Source: Sphaerodactylus townsendi (lineage: Eukaryota). Taken from it: a stretch of 64,000 nt of DNA. Position 1 is the stretch's first letter. Each line of letters starts with the position of its first letter. This document shows, one piece after another, positions 24,301 to 36,795 of this stretch. Under the pieces are notes generated by a model that made no database searches, was not told the DNA's origin, and saw nothing but the letters and a program-made list of their open reading frames with translations. Location of the stretch: assembly GCF_021028975.2 (NCBI RefSeq), contig NC_059435.1, positions 78,306,001 to 78,370,000 on the forward strand. Direction: 5' to 3'. Both the position numbers and the translations under genes were made by a program.

Positions 24301-24789
24301 GGCTGCCTTGCCTGGGTGCATGTGCTGGTGGGCTGGCCACTTTCAGAGGTCTGTCTCATCAGCCAGCTGAGGCACCCCCCTTCCCTATTTGGCCTGCTGA
24401 GGCAACCCCCACCCCCAGTCAGATTGGGAATAAGGGAGGGGTTGGCTCAACTGGCTTGCAGCCTTGATTAGCCCCCTAAAGGGGCCGGATGTGCCCCCTG
24501 GGCCATATGATTGACACCCCTGGTCTATCTGTTGTTTTTGGGGTGGGGCAAAGTAAGAAACAGAAACACACACACACACCCCACACACACACCTTTGGCT
24601 TCTGCCTGAGGGCCTGGGGCATACCTGCAACCACGTGCCTCATGCCTTCTTGCTGTAGTACGAGAAGGGTAAGGAACCTTTTGGAATTCTCTTCCTTGCA
24701 GGGCTGGCTCTCAAGGGGCTGAAGGGGCCAGTATTGGAAGGGCTGCAGCATCAATTGCAGTGTGTCAAAGGAAGGCATGCGCTTCTTGG

Positions 24790-25637
24790 GCACGAGCCAG
24801 AGCAGCGTGAAAGGGGTCAGAGGTGGGACCCCCCATATCCTTTGCTGAAGAACCCTCAGCCAGGAGGTTTTCAGGATCAGAACCCTGGATGTCTTCGCTG
24901 GAAGTGGCCAGCCAGGAGCAGGACTCCCAAAGGGGGTGCCCCCATCCCCCATCCTTTCCAACTAATAGAAGGTGGGGGCTACACCTTCGAGGGTCCATAA
25001 CTTTGGACCCCCTGAACCAAACTTGGATGGTATAATCAGGAGAGTCTTCTAAAGATACCCTTTGGTGCTGCTAGCTTAACAATTGCACCTCTGACAGCAG
25101 GCGCTCCCCAAATTTCCCCAGATTCTCCTTTTAAATCCAACCCCTTCAGCATGGACTTAAAGGGAGAATCTGAGGTCCCCAGTTTAAACATTGAAATTGA
25201 TGCTGTTTCAGGGTGTGGGAGAATCCACCCCCAAACAGCATCACTTTCAATGTTGTTTAACTAGGGACCCCAGATTCTCCCTTTAAGGTGGATTTAAAAG
25301 GAGAATCTGGGCTCCCTAGTTGAAACACCATTGAAAGTGATGCTGTTTGGGGGTGGATTGCAGCATCGCAGCGGCTGCCCATGGGGGGGTGGTGGTGCAA
25401 AATTCAGATTTTGCACCGGGCTCCATTTTCCCTAGCTATGCCTCTGCCCAAAGTGGAGGGCAGAAGGGGCTGCCGGCTGGGAGCCCAGCTGGGGGGGCAG
25501 GGGAGTCTGCTATCCCTGGCCTTGGAGAGCTGCTTATAAGCCCTGAGGGTGGGGCTTGGGGCGTGGCCACACCACCGGGGGTGGGTGGGGGTGTGGCCAT
25601 GCCCCCCAGAGCCCCCCCAAATCTATACGTCACTGGC
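24790..25637. mobile_element. Non-autonomous DNA transposon, partial copy of the element at 47102-48262
   Basis: Reverse-complement similarity to 47102-48130, including the repeated block gggagaatctg.ggtccccagtttaaac.attgaaagtgatgctgttt. Confidence 0.75.
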
Positions 25638-26525
25638 TGGTGGTGTCTGAGCGATGCCAGGACTGAACCTCCTGGGACCTTCTGCCTGCCAAGGCGGCGC
25701 CTGGCGACGACGGTTGTGCCCGCCCTGCCTGGCTCTCTCCCCTTCCTGTTCTCTGCTTCTGGTCGTCCTGCCCTCCCAGTCCTACTGAAGCTGAAAAGAT
25801 TGCCCCCTTCTGGGTGTCTTCTGCAGAGAGGCCCCACAGCCCAAGAGTCAGCGGGGCAAAACATGGCGCTCCTTCTTGTGCTTGGTACTTGATCTGTCCC
25901 CACTGCAACAGAGCTCATGGGGCGGGGGGGGGGGGGGGCAGCAGATGGAAAAGCAAGGTAGCTGTCTGCATAGCAAGGCATCCCTCTAATGAGCATTCGT
26001 GTTTTTTGGCACCTGTTCCTTTAAATCCTGGTTGAGCATAATTTCCCCCTCCTCTATGTTTTCACAATAGCGGTCCTGCGAAGTGGGGCCGTGGGTGAGT
26101 TTGCGATAGGCCCAAAGTCACCCAGCGAACTTCCATGGGAGAAGTGAGGACTCCAGCCTCGGTTGCCTGGGATCCTGGGCCCCCTCTCCACCCGCTAGGC
26201 CACGCTGGCTCTCATTCCCCTGGCAAATGCAGGCTGTCCGCTTCACACGCGTCCTTCCATGAGTGTAGGCTCATGCTGGCACGACAGCTTTGCATTCCCT
26301 GTTTTTCACGGAGCCCCACAGGCCTTTTCATTTTCAGTTTCCTGCCTGCTGAGGAGAAGGCAAACGCAGCTCTCTCTTCAAACCTCTTTTTTCCTGGTGC
26401 ATGTTCTGGGCTGGCCCCTCCCCTGGGTTTCTTTCCTGCCTTAAAGAGACGGGGAGAAGGTGGAGGAGTCTCCTCCGTGTTGACGCCTGTGTCTCTGTTC
26501 ACCAGGGGATCTGGCGTAATGGGAA

Positions 26526-26604
26526 ATGGAACCGATAGAAGAGCTCGGCCTCTGGAACCTGAGAGAGTTGGGACCAAAGGAGACCCTCCTGGACATGGGT
26601 GCAG
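26526..26604 (+). CDS. ZNF775: ZNF775, candidate first coding exon (MEPIEELGLWNLRELGPKETLLDMGA)
   Basis: Acceptor near 26505, ATG, and a phase-1 donor GCAG|GTGTGT compatible with the 28317 acceptor. Confidence 0.35.
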
Positions 26605-28316
26605 GTGTGTAGCTGGATGGGCAGTAAAGACCAGCTGGCTCTCCGAGTCCGGGCTTTCCGAAGGGCTTTACATGTTACGCGTCTGTGTGTTCGGGGCAGG
26701 GCCAGGCACGTGGTCTTTGGAGATCCGTTTCCGTGCCTTCCTCCGCTGGAGGCATCCAGGATCTGGGATCTGTTCACTGCCCTCTTCTGTCCTAACCCAG
26801 CAATGCAAGGAGAACCGCTGGAGGCTTAAGCCACAATCCAGAGACCAGGAGTCCCCCAGGGCAGGGCGAGACGTTAAAAATATATTGTCTCAGCAGGGGG
26901 AGGTTGGTTCATTAGCCTGTTGCAGCTTTTGCAGGTCACTGCGTAGAATCTAACTGCTGTGAGGAGGCGATATCTTCATCGGGAACATGGCAAGGCAATG
27001 CTGGAGACAGAGTCGAAATACAAAACAGCATTGAGCAACAGAGGAGCGTTGTTTTCCTGCCTGTACTGCCTTGACCTTGATTGTGGTACCGTTGAAACTT
27101 CAGCACAGTATTTAGAGAGGCTGGTTTCTGTGTAAGCCCCGGGAACCATTTTGCCACAGGTGCTGGCATCATGGCACCAGGCACAGCCTATCTCTGGATG
27201 TGTGAACTTCCCTTGAGCAGTTTCAGAGGTCGACAGTAGAGAGCTTGAGTCCAGGAGCCCGTTAGACTTGAACAAGGTTTTCCAACTTGTAGTTGACGAA
27301 GAGACCTGTCTTTGGCTGTTGAAAGTTGACATCCCCCAAACTTTGTTGGTCTCTGAGGGGCTCCTAGAGTCAGATCTAGCTGTTCTCCTCCTGAGCAGAA
27401 ACTCTTGAAGAGTTCAAATGAATGCTGGTCGCTGGCTGAATGCTCAGAAAGGCTAGATTGAAAAAAGAGAGTCAGGGCAGTGTGATGGTCAAGTGTGCTG
27501 GACTGGAGACCCGGGATGCCCGATTCCTCCACTTGAAGCCAATTACAGTTCTTTCAGAACTCAATCCACCTAGAGGCTGGATGGTAGACTACCCAGGAAA
27601 TCCAGGGCTGCTACACAGAGGCAGGCGATGAAAAACCACCTCTGAATCTCTCTTGCCTGGACAATCCCATGGGAAAGCCAGGAGTCACCCTGATCTGGAC
27701 GGCTCAGACTAACCTGATCTCATCAGGTTTCAGAAGCTAAGCAGGGTTGGCCCTGGTGAGTGCTTGGATGGGAGACCACCAGGGGAGTCCACGGTCACTG
27801 TGCAGAGGCAGGCAATGGCAGACCACCTCTGTCACAGGGCCACCCTAAGTCAGCTGTGACTTGCCAATGTACACATGCAGTGAGATGGGAAAGCTCTGGT
27901 TTTTCGGGGCTTGATTTAACAGTGGGCTGGACCCTCGATCTCCATTCCACCCTGTCTTTCATCAGTGGAGAAGGAGGGCTTCTCCTGGCAGAGAGAGACC
28001 TCCTTCCACCGAAGGGTTTTTTCCCCCCACTGGAGGCCGCCTGAGCAAAAGGGAACCAGTCGGGCCGCCTCAGGGGGCGGGAGTCACAAGTTCCAGCCCC
28101 GTATCTGTCTGTCACTTTTAACCTGCTTGTTCTTCACAGGAGTCAGAGTGGCCTACCTGACTCCCTCCTCTCCCTCCATTTTATCCTCTCAGCATGCTGG
28201 GGGGTAGGTTGGGAGCAGCCCAAGGTGCATTGCACAGCAAAGCAATGGTTTTGCCGTTACCTAGCACTCTAACCACTACACCCTGCTGCTGCTGCTCGTT
28301 TGTCAGCTTCCTGTAG

Positions 28317-30100
28317 TTGGGCTTGGTGATCAAGTGCCTGGTCCAGTCCAGCTGTGGCCATGGCTGCTGCTTCAGATCCCAGGTCAGAAACTGCGAAGGG
28401 ATCCTTTTGCCCCCTTTGAAAATGCTTCTGCTTTGATCTTACAGATGTCCCGCCCTTGGCTAAAATCAAGAAGAGAGGAGATGCAGAACGGAGGCCCAGA
28501 AAAGCCCGCCAGGCGAGGCGCCACCTGCCAGCGAGTCGGGAGGCGGAGGAGTTTTTCACGACTCCGCAAAGCGTTGGAGATCCAGCCAGCCCCAGCGAGG
28601 GTCTCACTAGAGGAAGGAGAAGTCTTTGGCAGGGGAGACCTCTGTGACGCCGGGGAGTCAGGGGGGGATTTGGTGGGAGACGAGGCGGTGGTCTTCCGAG
28701 TTGGGGAGGGCAGGGCCAGCCCAAGGCTGTGTGCAGCGGAAGCTGACTTTGCCTGCAAGGAATGTGGGAAGTGTTTTGCCTGGAGGTCCTCCTTGAACAT
28801 CCACAAGCGGACCCACACGGGCGAGAAGCCCTTCAGGTGCCACACCTGCGGGCGGCACTTCAGCCAGAAGCCCAACCTCCTGTGCCACCAGCGCCACCAC
28901 ACCGGGGAGCGGCCCTTCAAGTGCTCCAGGTGCGAGAGGAGCTTCCGGCAGAAGCAGCACCTGGCCAAGCACCAGCGCACCCACGCCCGGCCCCGGCCCA
29001 GCCCTCACCCCTGCCCCGAGTGCCAGCGCAGCTTCAGCAACAAGGCGGTCTTGCGGCTGCACCACCGGGCCCACGCCCACCACCGCCAGCTGGCCTTCCG
29101 GGAGCTGAAGAAGGCCTACAAGGAGACGGTGGCGTGGCAGCGGGAGGAGGCCCAGGCGGGGCTCGGCTGGGTGGCCCGGCCCAAAGGCCGGCGGCGGGGG
29201 GTGAAGAAGTTCATCTGCAGCGAGTGCGGCAAGGGCTTCACCTGGTGGTCCTCCCTCAGCATCCACCAGCGCATCCACACCGGAGAGAAGCCCTTCCCCT
29301 GCACCGAGTGCGGGAAGAGCTTTACCCAGAAGCCGAACCTCCTGCGGCACCTGCGCTACCACAGTGGCGAGAGGCCGCACTCGTGCTCGGAATGCGGCAA
29401 AGGCTTCACCCAGAAGCAGCACCTGGTGAAGCACCAGCGCACACACTTGGCGGAGAAGGGGTTCCGGTGCCACGCCTGTGGGCAGAACTTCCCCACTAAG
29501 GGGGCACTCACGCTGCACCAGCGGGCTGGCCATGTGGGGGCCGACTTCCTGGCTCTGGAACTGATGGCTGAGAAGGGGTGTCTGCCACTTGGCCCGCCAG
29601 GACGCCTGGACGACATGATGGGTTCCCTGATGGCCAGTGGCCAGAGGACCTTCCGGCCACCCGATCTCCTGAGCCACCCGAGCGACGTGGATGGGCAGCC
29701 AGTCCTGATTGTGGAGCCCGGCACCCGGCCGCAGGCTCTGTCCCAAACCAAGAAGGGGGTCTTCTGGAAGCCAGAGGTGCCCAAGCCGCCCGCCCCCGAG
29801 CAGAAGCACTACATCTGCAACGAGTGTGGGAAGGGGTTCGTGTCGTGGTCGGCGCTCACGATCCACCAGCGGATCCACACGGGGGAGAGGCCCTATCAGT
29901 GCGGGGAGTGCGGGAAGAGCTTCAGCCAGAAGCCCAACCTGGTGAGGCACCAGCGCTACCACACGGGGGAGAAGCCCTACCCGTGCGCAGAGTGCGGGAA
30001 ATGCTTTGTCCAGAAGCACCACCTCACCAAGCACCAGCGGGTGCACCAGAAGGGGTCCCGCCAGGGCCTGGCACGGACCGTGAAGGTGGAAGGGCCGTAG
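28317..30100 (+). CDS. ZNF775: Zinc finger protein 775 terminal exon, 11 C2H2 fingers
   Basis: Three repeats of the finger trio W[RW]SSL or SWSAL / QKPNL / QK[QH]HL, which characterises ZNF775. Located between REPIN1 and GIMAP sequence. The 5' boundary is uncertain (alternative acceptor at 28445). Confidence 0.9.
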
Positions 30101-32119
30101 GGAGGCGCTGGTGGGATGGCCAATTTTTGCCTTTTGGGAGCCTGTTCGGAGGTGAGGAGCGGGAAGACGGGGCTCTGCCTTTTCTCAACTCTGAGAAGAT
30201 TTATCGGGGAGTCCTGTCGTGCCCATCCTGTCAGCGTCTGGCTTGGAGGGTGTGCGCATGCAGCGCAAGACTCGCCCCGTGGAGTTGATTGAGCCGTATC
30301 CCCCGGAAAGCCACCTGTGGGTGACTGAGGTGCCACAAGAGGTTCCATCCCAAGCAAAGTGCAAATCATCCCCTTGGCATGAAGACTCGACTCCTCAAAA
30401 GGAACTCTCTTCAAAAGGGGTTTCTCTTGATTCCTCACCTGTGAACGTTTGGGAGATGCTCTGGGGACTTGTGACAGAGCCATAAAACTGTGCTTTTCCC
30501 TCAAACGCCTTGGACTGTGACCTTAAGCCCCCTTAAAACAGAGACACGGGCCTGGTTGGAGAGTGACTCCAGGGGACCAAGCCCCTTTCCCATGTGGTGC
30601 GGGGCTTGCGTGATGTACTGTGGACTCGAGGCTGCTGCCTGGGGTGCACAACCGCCTCGCACGGGCATCCCGCCTGCTTTACAGGGGAGACCACGGGAGC
30701 GTGCTTCTTAAGACCTGTGTTTTGTATGGTTTTTGTCAGTGTCACCTGCCTTGGTTGTAGTTATCTGGGAGAAAAGCAGGTCTACAAATGCATTAAATAA
30801 TTAAGCTAAACGGAAAGCCCTATCGGAAAGTACATTTGGCTTGTCAATATCATGCACCAGTCAATTCTTACTTCCAAATGAGCCTGGAATCCGTAATGTG
30901 TGAGGTGTTATCTAAGTGCATTTAAACATGGGAGTGTTTGTAACTTGAGAACTGGACTGTAGAATGAAATTGATTATTATTGGAAGAAACGAGATGAATT
31001 AAACATCCGTGTAACACGCCCCTGTCTTCTGTGCCTGGGAACTGTGCCCCAGGGAGGGGGCTTATTTCTTGACCTTATAGTCAACCTTTCTCACTGAGCC
31101 CCAAGCTGGGTTACGCAGAGTAATTGTATTAAAGGGGGCTCGGTATTCTCCCCCCACCCCCGAGGCAAACGAGGCTGTTTTTTACGAGTGTGTGGGAGCC
31201 CCTCAATAGAGACCTGTGATGCTAAAATTGTAAACTTTACTTAAACTAACCTCTCTGGATGACTTCAGGACAACTGTATTGGGAGGGGGGGCTGAGCACA
31301 GACACCACTGAACAGCGCTTCCCACCCCCCACTCCTACCCCCAGCCTGGAGTCTCCTGTGCCCCTCTGGGAGAATCAATCCCTAATCAAAGTGATTTAAA
31401 ACAGCAGTTAGGGAGGAAAAGTGACCATTGATTCACACCAAAACCGATTGAATTAGAACTAAAGAGAGCTTTAATGAAGCCTCAGCGCCCCCCGCCCCGA
31501 GTTACATTTCCTATTTATTTCACAGTATATTACTACTTAGAATATAGAGCACGATGCATTCCTTGTTTCAAATAACATCTTCAACAACACCTCTTTAAAT
31601 CATATATTGCCTGATTTTGGACAGCATAATGCATATGTTTCCAGATAGTGTCTCTTGCTGGCTGCAGCTGAGGGTAGATGGGAGTGTGTGTGTGTGTGGG
31701 GGGGGGCAGGATCAGGACTGGCAGGATCTTTTCAGGGGTCCTTCCCACTTTAGGCTCCCCCCTCCTTTGCCCAGCGGTGCCCGTGCCACAAAACCATCCA
31801 TTGCTGCAACCAGGAGGAAGGGCGAATTAGTACTGAGTGGCCAGTTCAAGAGTAAAGTCACCTGGATCAGGTGATGGCTGGGTGGAGGGGGGAACTTTCC
31901 AGTCCCTGCACCCCCACCTCAAGAGACTTCAGAAGTGTTCGATCTTTTGCCCTGTCTGGGGACCAAAAAGATTTTTCTTTACAAAGAAAAACAGCCAGTC
32001 GTTGAGAAACTACAAAGGGGACAAGGGGGGAGTGCTGTGCACGAGGCTGCGCACACCTGGGGGGTGTGTGAAGAAGAGTAGCCCTCAGGGGCGCTCCCCC
32101 TTTCCCTGCTCCCCCGCGC

Positions 32120-32355
32120 CCCCCCTCCCACACTTACGTTAGTTCCTTTCCTTTTTCAGAACTTTTTCAGGCTGCAAAAGGCCTGTTTGCAGTAAAAATG
32201 TCCTGAGGAACTACAGTTCCCAGGAGACTTTGCGGCTCACAAGGTCTCCTGGGAAGTATAGTTCCCATCAGACTGTTTTTACTGAGAACAGGCCTTTTGC
32301 AGCCCGAAAAAGTTCTGAAAAAGGAAAGAAAGTAAGGTCAGTGTGGGAAGGGGGG
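32120..32355. repeat. Long imperfect inverted repeat, probable DNA-transposon derivative
   Basis: Arms of about 100 bp: tttcctttttcagaactttttc.ggctgcaaaaggcctgtt...ttcccaggagac / gtctcctgggaa...aacaggccttttgcagcc.gaaaaagttctgaaaaaggaaa. Confidence 0.85.
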
Positions 32356-32462
32356 AAGCAGTAGGAGAATATAGAGAGCAGAAAATTAGATTGCGCTTTT
32401 AGGCGCAGCTTAGTTTATTGCTACACCTCTGCAAACAGCTCTTCATAAATTAATACAGGGGT

Positions 32463-32748
32463 CATAAGAACATAAGAACTAGCCTGCTGGATCAGACCAG
32501 AGTCCATCTAGTCCAGCTCTCTGCTACTCGCAGTGGCCCACCAGGTGCCATTGAGAGCTCATGTGCAGGATGTGAAAGCAATGGCCTTCTGCTGCTGCTG
32601 CTGCTCCCGAGCACCTGGTCTGTTAAGGCATTTGCAATCTCAGATCAAGGAGGGTCAAGATTGGTAGCCATAAATCGACTTCTCCTCCATAAATCTGTCC
32701 AAGCCCCTTTTAAAGCTATCCAGGTTAGTGGCCATCACCACCTCCTGT
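32463..32748 (-). mobile_element. CR1-type LINE 3' end
   Basis: (CATAAGAA)n tail; near-identical to 53330-53620, which continues into a CR1 RT. Confidence 0.85.
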
Positions 32749-32769
32749 GTTAAGAGTCAGTGTTAAGAG

Positions 32770-32975
32770 TATTGTGGAAGGCTTTCACGGCCGGATTCAA
32801 CTGGTTGTGGTGGGTTTTCCGGGCTGTGTGGCCGTGGTCTGGTGGATTTTGTTCCTAACGTTTCACCTGCATCTGTGGCTGGCATCTCCAGAGGTGTTAT
32901 CACAGAGGGAAGTCTGTTACACACTGTGTCCAGTGACTGTGTTTCCGGCCACGCAGCCCGGAAAACCCACAACAA
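32770..32975 (-). mobile_element. Penelope-like pseudo-LTR insertion with 13-bp flanking duplication
   Basis: Same family as 17445-17700, flanked by TCAGTGTTAAGAG at 32757-32769 and 32976-32988. Confidence 0.8.
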
Positions 32976-33587
32976 TCAGTGTTAAGAGACTATTTCTTTG
33001 CATTAAATTTGCACGTCATGGTAAACCAGACTATTTTCAAAAGGCCTTTTGTAGCTGAAAGCGCACACATCCTGACTTAATTTTGCCAAGTCCCCTTTTC
33101 CAGCCTGCACCCTCCTCCTCCTTGTGTGTGTGCCTGGACCAGAGCCAGGTTGGGAAGGGTCTGATGTTCTTCCTCTGGTCCTCCCACCTTTCCATACCTG
33201 TGTTCTTTTGCCAAATGCACCTTCCTCCCCTCCCAGGGATGCCGCGGCAGATGATAGCCTCTGGAATCGAGTACGAGGAAATCAATAAAAAAATGGGACT
33301 GTCACTAAGAGTTTCCAAGGCTGTAGCCCACAGATGCGAGCAAAATGTCGAAGGAGAAAATGCTACTGCTGGAACATGGCCAGAACCTTGGCCCGAAGAA
33401 AACCCACAACACCCCTCTAATAAAATGGGATGCTCAACAATCAGATGAGACAACCCCCCCCCCCCCCGCCTCCTCCCCACTCAGCCCTCTTGAGCCCCCC
33501 CCTGTCAGGCCACCCCTAGTCTGGGCTGGTAAACCTTCTGCAGGCTTCCCAGCCAAGGCAGCCCACTCCCACAGGGCCAAGTCACAT

Positions 33588-33843
33588 GAAGAAGAAGAAG
33601 AAGAAGAGGAGTTTGGATTTATCCCCACTTTTCTCAGCCATAAGGACTCTCAAAGAGGCTCATAAACTCCTTCCTTTCCTCTCCCCACAACAGACACCTT
33701 GTGAGGCAGGCCGGGCTGAGAGAGTCTGGACTCGAGAACTGGGACTGGCCCAAGGTCACCCAGCAGGCTTCATGTGGAGGAGCGGGGGAATCAAACCTGG
33801 TTCTGCAGAGTAGAGTCCCCTGCCCTTAACCACTAGGCCACCC
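33588..33843 (-). mobile_element. tRNA-derived squamate SINE
   Basis: (GAA)n tail, cccaaggtcacccagc body, and ggaatcaaacc (reverse B box). Confidence 0.85.
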
Positions 33844-34591
33844 TGTCTGTTATGTTCGGCTGGCATGAGTTGAGCCCCCGGTGTTCAATTGTCCCGAACG
33901 ACGACAGGAACGACCGGACCCTCTAGCACAGACCCGGCCCGGCCCCCCACTGGGGGTTTCTGGTACGCGTGACCCATGGAGATGCCCACGGCAGCCCCGG
34001 GCACGGGAAGGGACCCACGAGCCACCCAGCTGCGCCGCCCCACGCCCTGCAGAGAGGGGGAGTCAAGAAACACTGCTGGGAGGGCGAGGAGCCTCCAGAC
34101 CACCGGCGGGAGGGGGCCTGGCTTGGCCCAGCCTGAGGAAAGTCCAGCGGCTCCCCAATAAAGCGATGGGGGGCTCCCCCCCCCAGCCCGATGCTCCTCC
34201 TGGCGCAGCCTCAGGGCCGAGGGGGAGCACAGCACTGCCTTCCCCCGGGCTACTGCAAGCAAGAGGCGCGGCTGCGTTGCCCCCCTGGCCGGACTGCCTC
34301 GGGGGCCGCCTAGCCAGGACTTCCAAGAGAGAGCGTGGATCAAAGACTTCCGTGCCGGGCGCGGCCTGGCTGCCAAGAGGGGGAGCCGACGGACGGACGC
34401 GCGCGCTCCCGCCCCGCCGCCGCCGCCCGGGCCTTCCTTCCGGGCCAGCCAGGCGCGTCAGCCTGCGGAACCGCACCGGGCTCCTCGACGGCGTGGGCAA
34501 GCGGCCAGGCGCGCAGGGCGAGGCGAAAGGCCGGCGCCAGGAGGCGGAGCGGCGAAGGGCAGGAAGCGGCGCCTCCCAGCCCTGGGCCGCC

Positions 34592-34694
34592 ATGCAGCGC
34601 GCAAAGCCCCGCGCGGGGCTGGCGCCGGCCTCGGTATCTACAGCAGCAACAGCAGCAGCAGCAACCGCGGCCCCGGACGAGCAGGCGGCGGCGG
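34592..34694 (+). CDS. ZNF gene 4, first coding exon (Ala-rich)
   Basis: GCCGCCATG in a CpG island; MQRAKPRAGLAPASVSTAATAAAATAAPDEQAAA; phase-1 donor G|GTGAGT. Confidence 0.7.
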
Positions 34695-35905
34695 GTGAGT
34701 GGCGGCCGGAGCCCCCGGGAGCTGGGCCGGGGAGAGAGGCGGGCGCCTCCCGCAGCCCCTCGACGGTGGTCGCCGCTGCAGCCCTGTGCGGGCCGGAGGG
34801 GCGGCGGGGGCGCCGTTCGGGAGGCGGCGCGGGGGAGCGCTGCTGCAGGCGCTGCGGGCCGGGCCAGCGCACGTGGCCCGCGGAGGGGAGGGGTGGCGGC
34901 GGCTGCTGCTGCTGCAGGAGAGCCGGCCCGGCCAGCGAGCCCGACGGAGGCACTTCTGCCACGGCCTGGCCGCCTGACCTTGGGCGGGTCGCGTCCCCCG
35001 GCCGGGCCGGCAGCGGCGGGGCGCTTCGGAGCGGGAGAGGCGGCCAAGGGCTCCCCCGGGGTCGGCCTGTTGGGGGGGAGGGAGGGTCACGACTGCCCCC
35101 GCCGGCCGCCCCTTCCTGCCAGCAGCCCCGGCCCGAGGGAGGGCAGGGTGGGCGCTGCCTGCCCGGGACGGGTGAGCTGGCGGTGCCGGAGAGGCTGCAG
35201 TGGCGCCCCCGGGCGCTCACCCGTGCCCTCGGCCGAAAAACTACAGGCCCCAGGAGGCACCGCGCCTCTGCGCCATGCGGCCTGCCGGGCCTCTGCCGCG
35301 CGGCATTCTGGGGCGCGTAGTCTGCCTGGGCAGCGGAGGCTGCCGTTCCGCTGACGTCACCGCCTTCCGTGGGGCTGGAGCGAGCCCGGCTGCGGGTCTG
35401 GCCCGGGCAGGAGTCGGCGTGTCTGGACCGGAGTCGCTCCGCCTCGTGTCGCCGCGTCTGTGCGAACGCCTGCTGGGGCCGGGGGGTGGCGCTCCTGGGC
35501 AGGGGGGGGAGAAAGCGCGCGCCCCATCCGCGTGCCCCTGGGTGCAGCTGGCAGCGCAGGAGCCTCTCATTCCCCCAACCCCGCACTGCAGAGCCGTGGG
35601 TGCGGATCCTGCGGCCGGCGTCGGTTTCCTGGGTCCAGCAGCCCCCTCCTTGTGCGTATTCTGTGCCCAGCGGCCCTGCCTGCCGCACCTGACCTGGGGC
35701 TTCCGGGCCCTTCGCTGCTCCTAGTTGAGTCTGCAGGCAGAACTTGAAGGGGGCGCGAATGGGGGCGGGGGGGGCGGGGAGTGCCTGGCCTGGTTCCTGG
35801 TCCGGGGCTTGACTTCGGAGCGGAGAGGCCAGGCGGGGGGGGGGGGGGCGGCTTCTCTTTGCTGGCTGGCCATGCTCACAGGTGCCCGCTGTGCTTTCTC
35901 TGCAG

Positions 35906-36795
35906 GAGGCGGCCGGCCCATGGAAGGGGAGCCGGGTCCAGAGGGCCCCCCGGCCCAGCAGGGCTCCCCACCGGCAGAAAGGCCCTTCCTGTTCCCCGCC
36001 TGGGAAGAGAGCTCGGGGGACGAGAACGCCCTGGTCATCCACAGCCAGGTGGAGGAAGAGGAGCACAAGTGCCTGGTGTGCGGGGAGAGCTTCCGCCAGC
36101 CGCTGGGCCTCCTGCGGCACCAGAAGCAGCAGCACCCCGGCGAGCGGGCCTTCCTCTGCCCGGAGTGCGGCCGGGGGTTCAGCCTCAAGCACAACCTCAT
36201 CATCCACCAGCGCATCCACACCGGCGAGAAGCCCTTCGGCTGCGGCGTCTGCGGGAAGCGCTTCAGCCTCAAGCAGAACCTGCTGACGCACCAACGGGTC
36301 CACGCCACGGCCACCCCAGCCCCCACAGCGGAGAAGCCCTTTCCCTGCGCCGTCTGTGGGAAGAGCTTCCGGGAGCAGCGGCTTCTCCTGGCCCACCAGA
36401 AAGGGGACTGTGGGGGGGCTGCCGAGGAGAAGCAGGAGACCAGCGCGGTCCCTTCGCGGACGACACACGGCAGGGAGAGGCCCCGCTCGGAAAGCGACTG
36501 CGCGGAGACCTTCCTGCAGAGGCCGTTCCGGGTCAAGCACCCAGAGAAGCCCCACCGGAATGGGGCGGCTTTTGCGGGCCGGGAGTGTGGGGAAGACCTC
36601 GGCTGCAAGGGCGGCCACCAGCGAATCCTCCAGGGGGGCCGGCCGGGGCAGCGCGAGGAGGGCAGGAGGCGCTTTGGCCAGAAGGAGGGGGCCGACGCTC
36701 CTTTCCACTGTCTGACGTGTGGGAAGTCTTTTGCCCAGAAGGGCAGCCTGGCCACGCACCGGAGGAGCCACCCGGGAGAGGAGATGCTCAGCTGA
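35906..36795 (+). CDS. ZNF gene 4 terminal exon: KRAB-less C2H2 protein, 4 intact and about 3 degenerate fingers
   Basis: Phase-1 acceptor ttctctgcag|GA in frame with ORF 35725. Helices QPLGL, LKHNL, LKQNL, QKGSL. Spliced length 330 aa. Confidence 0.85.
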
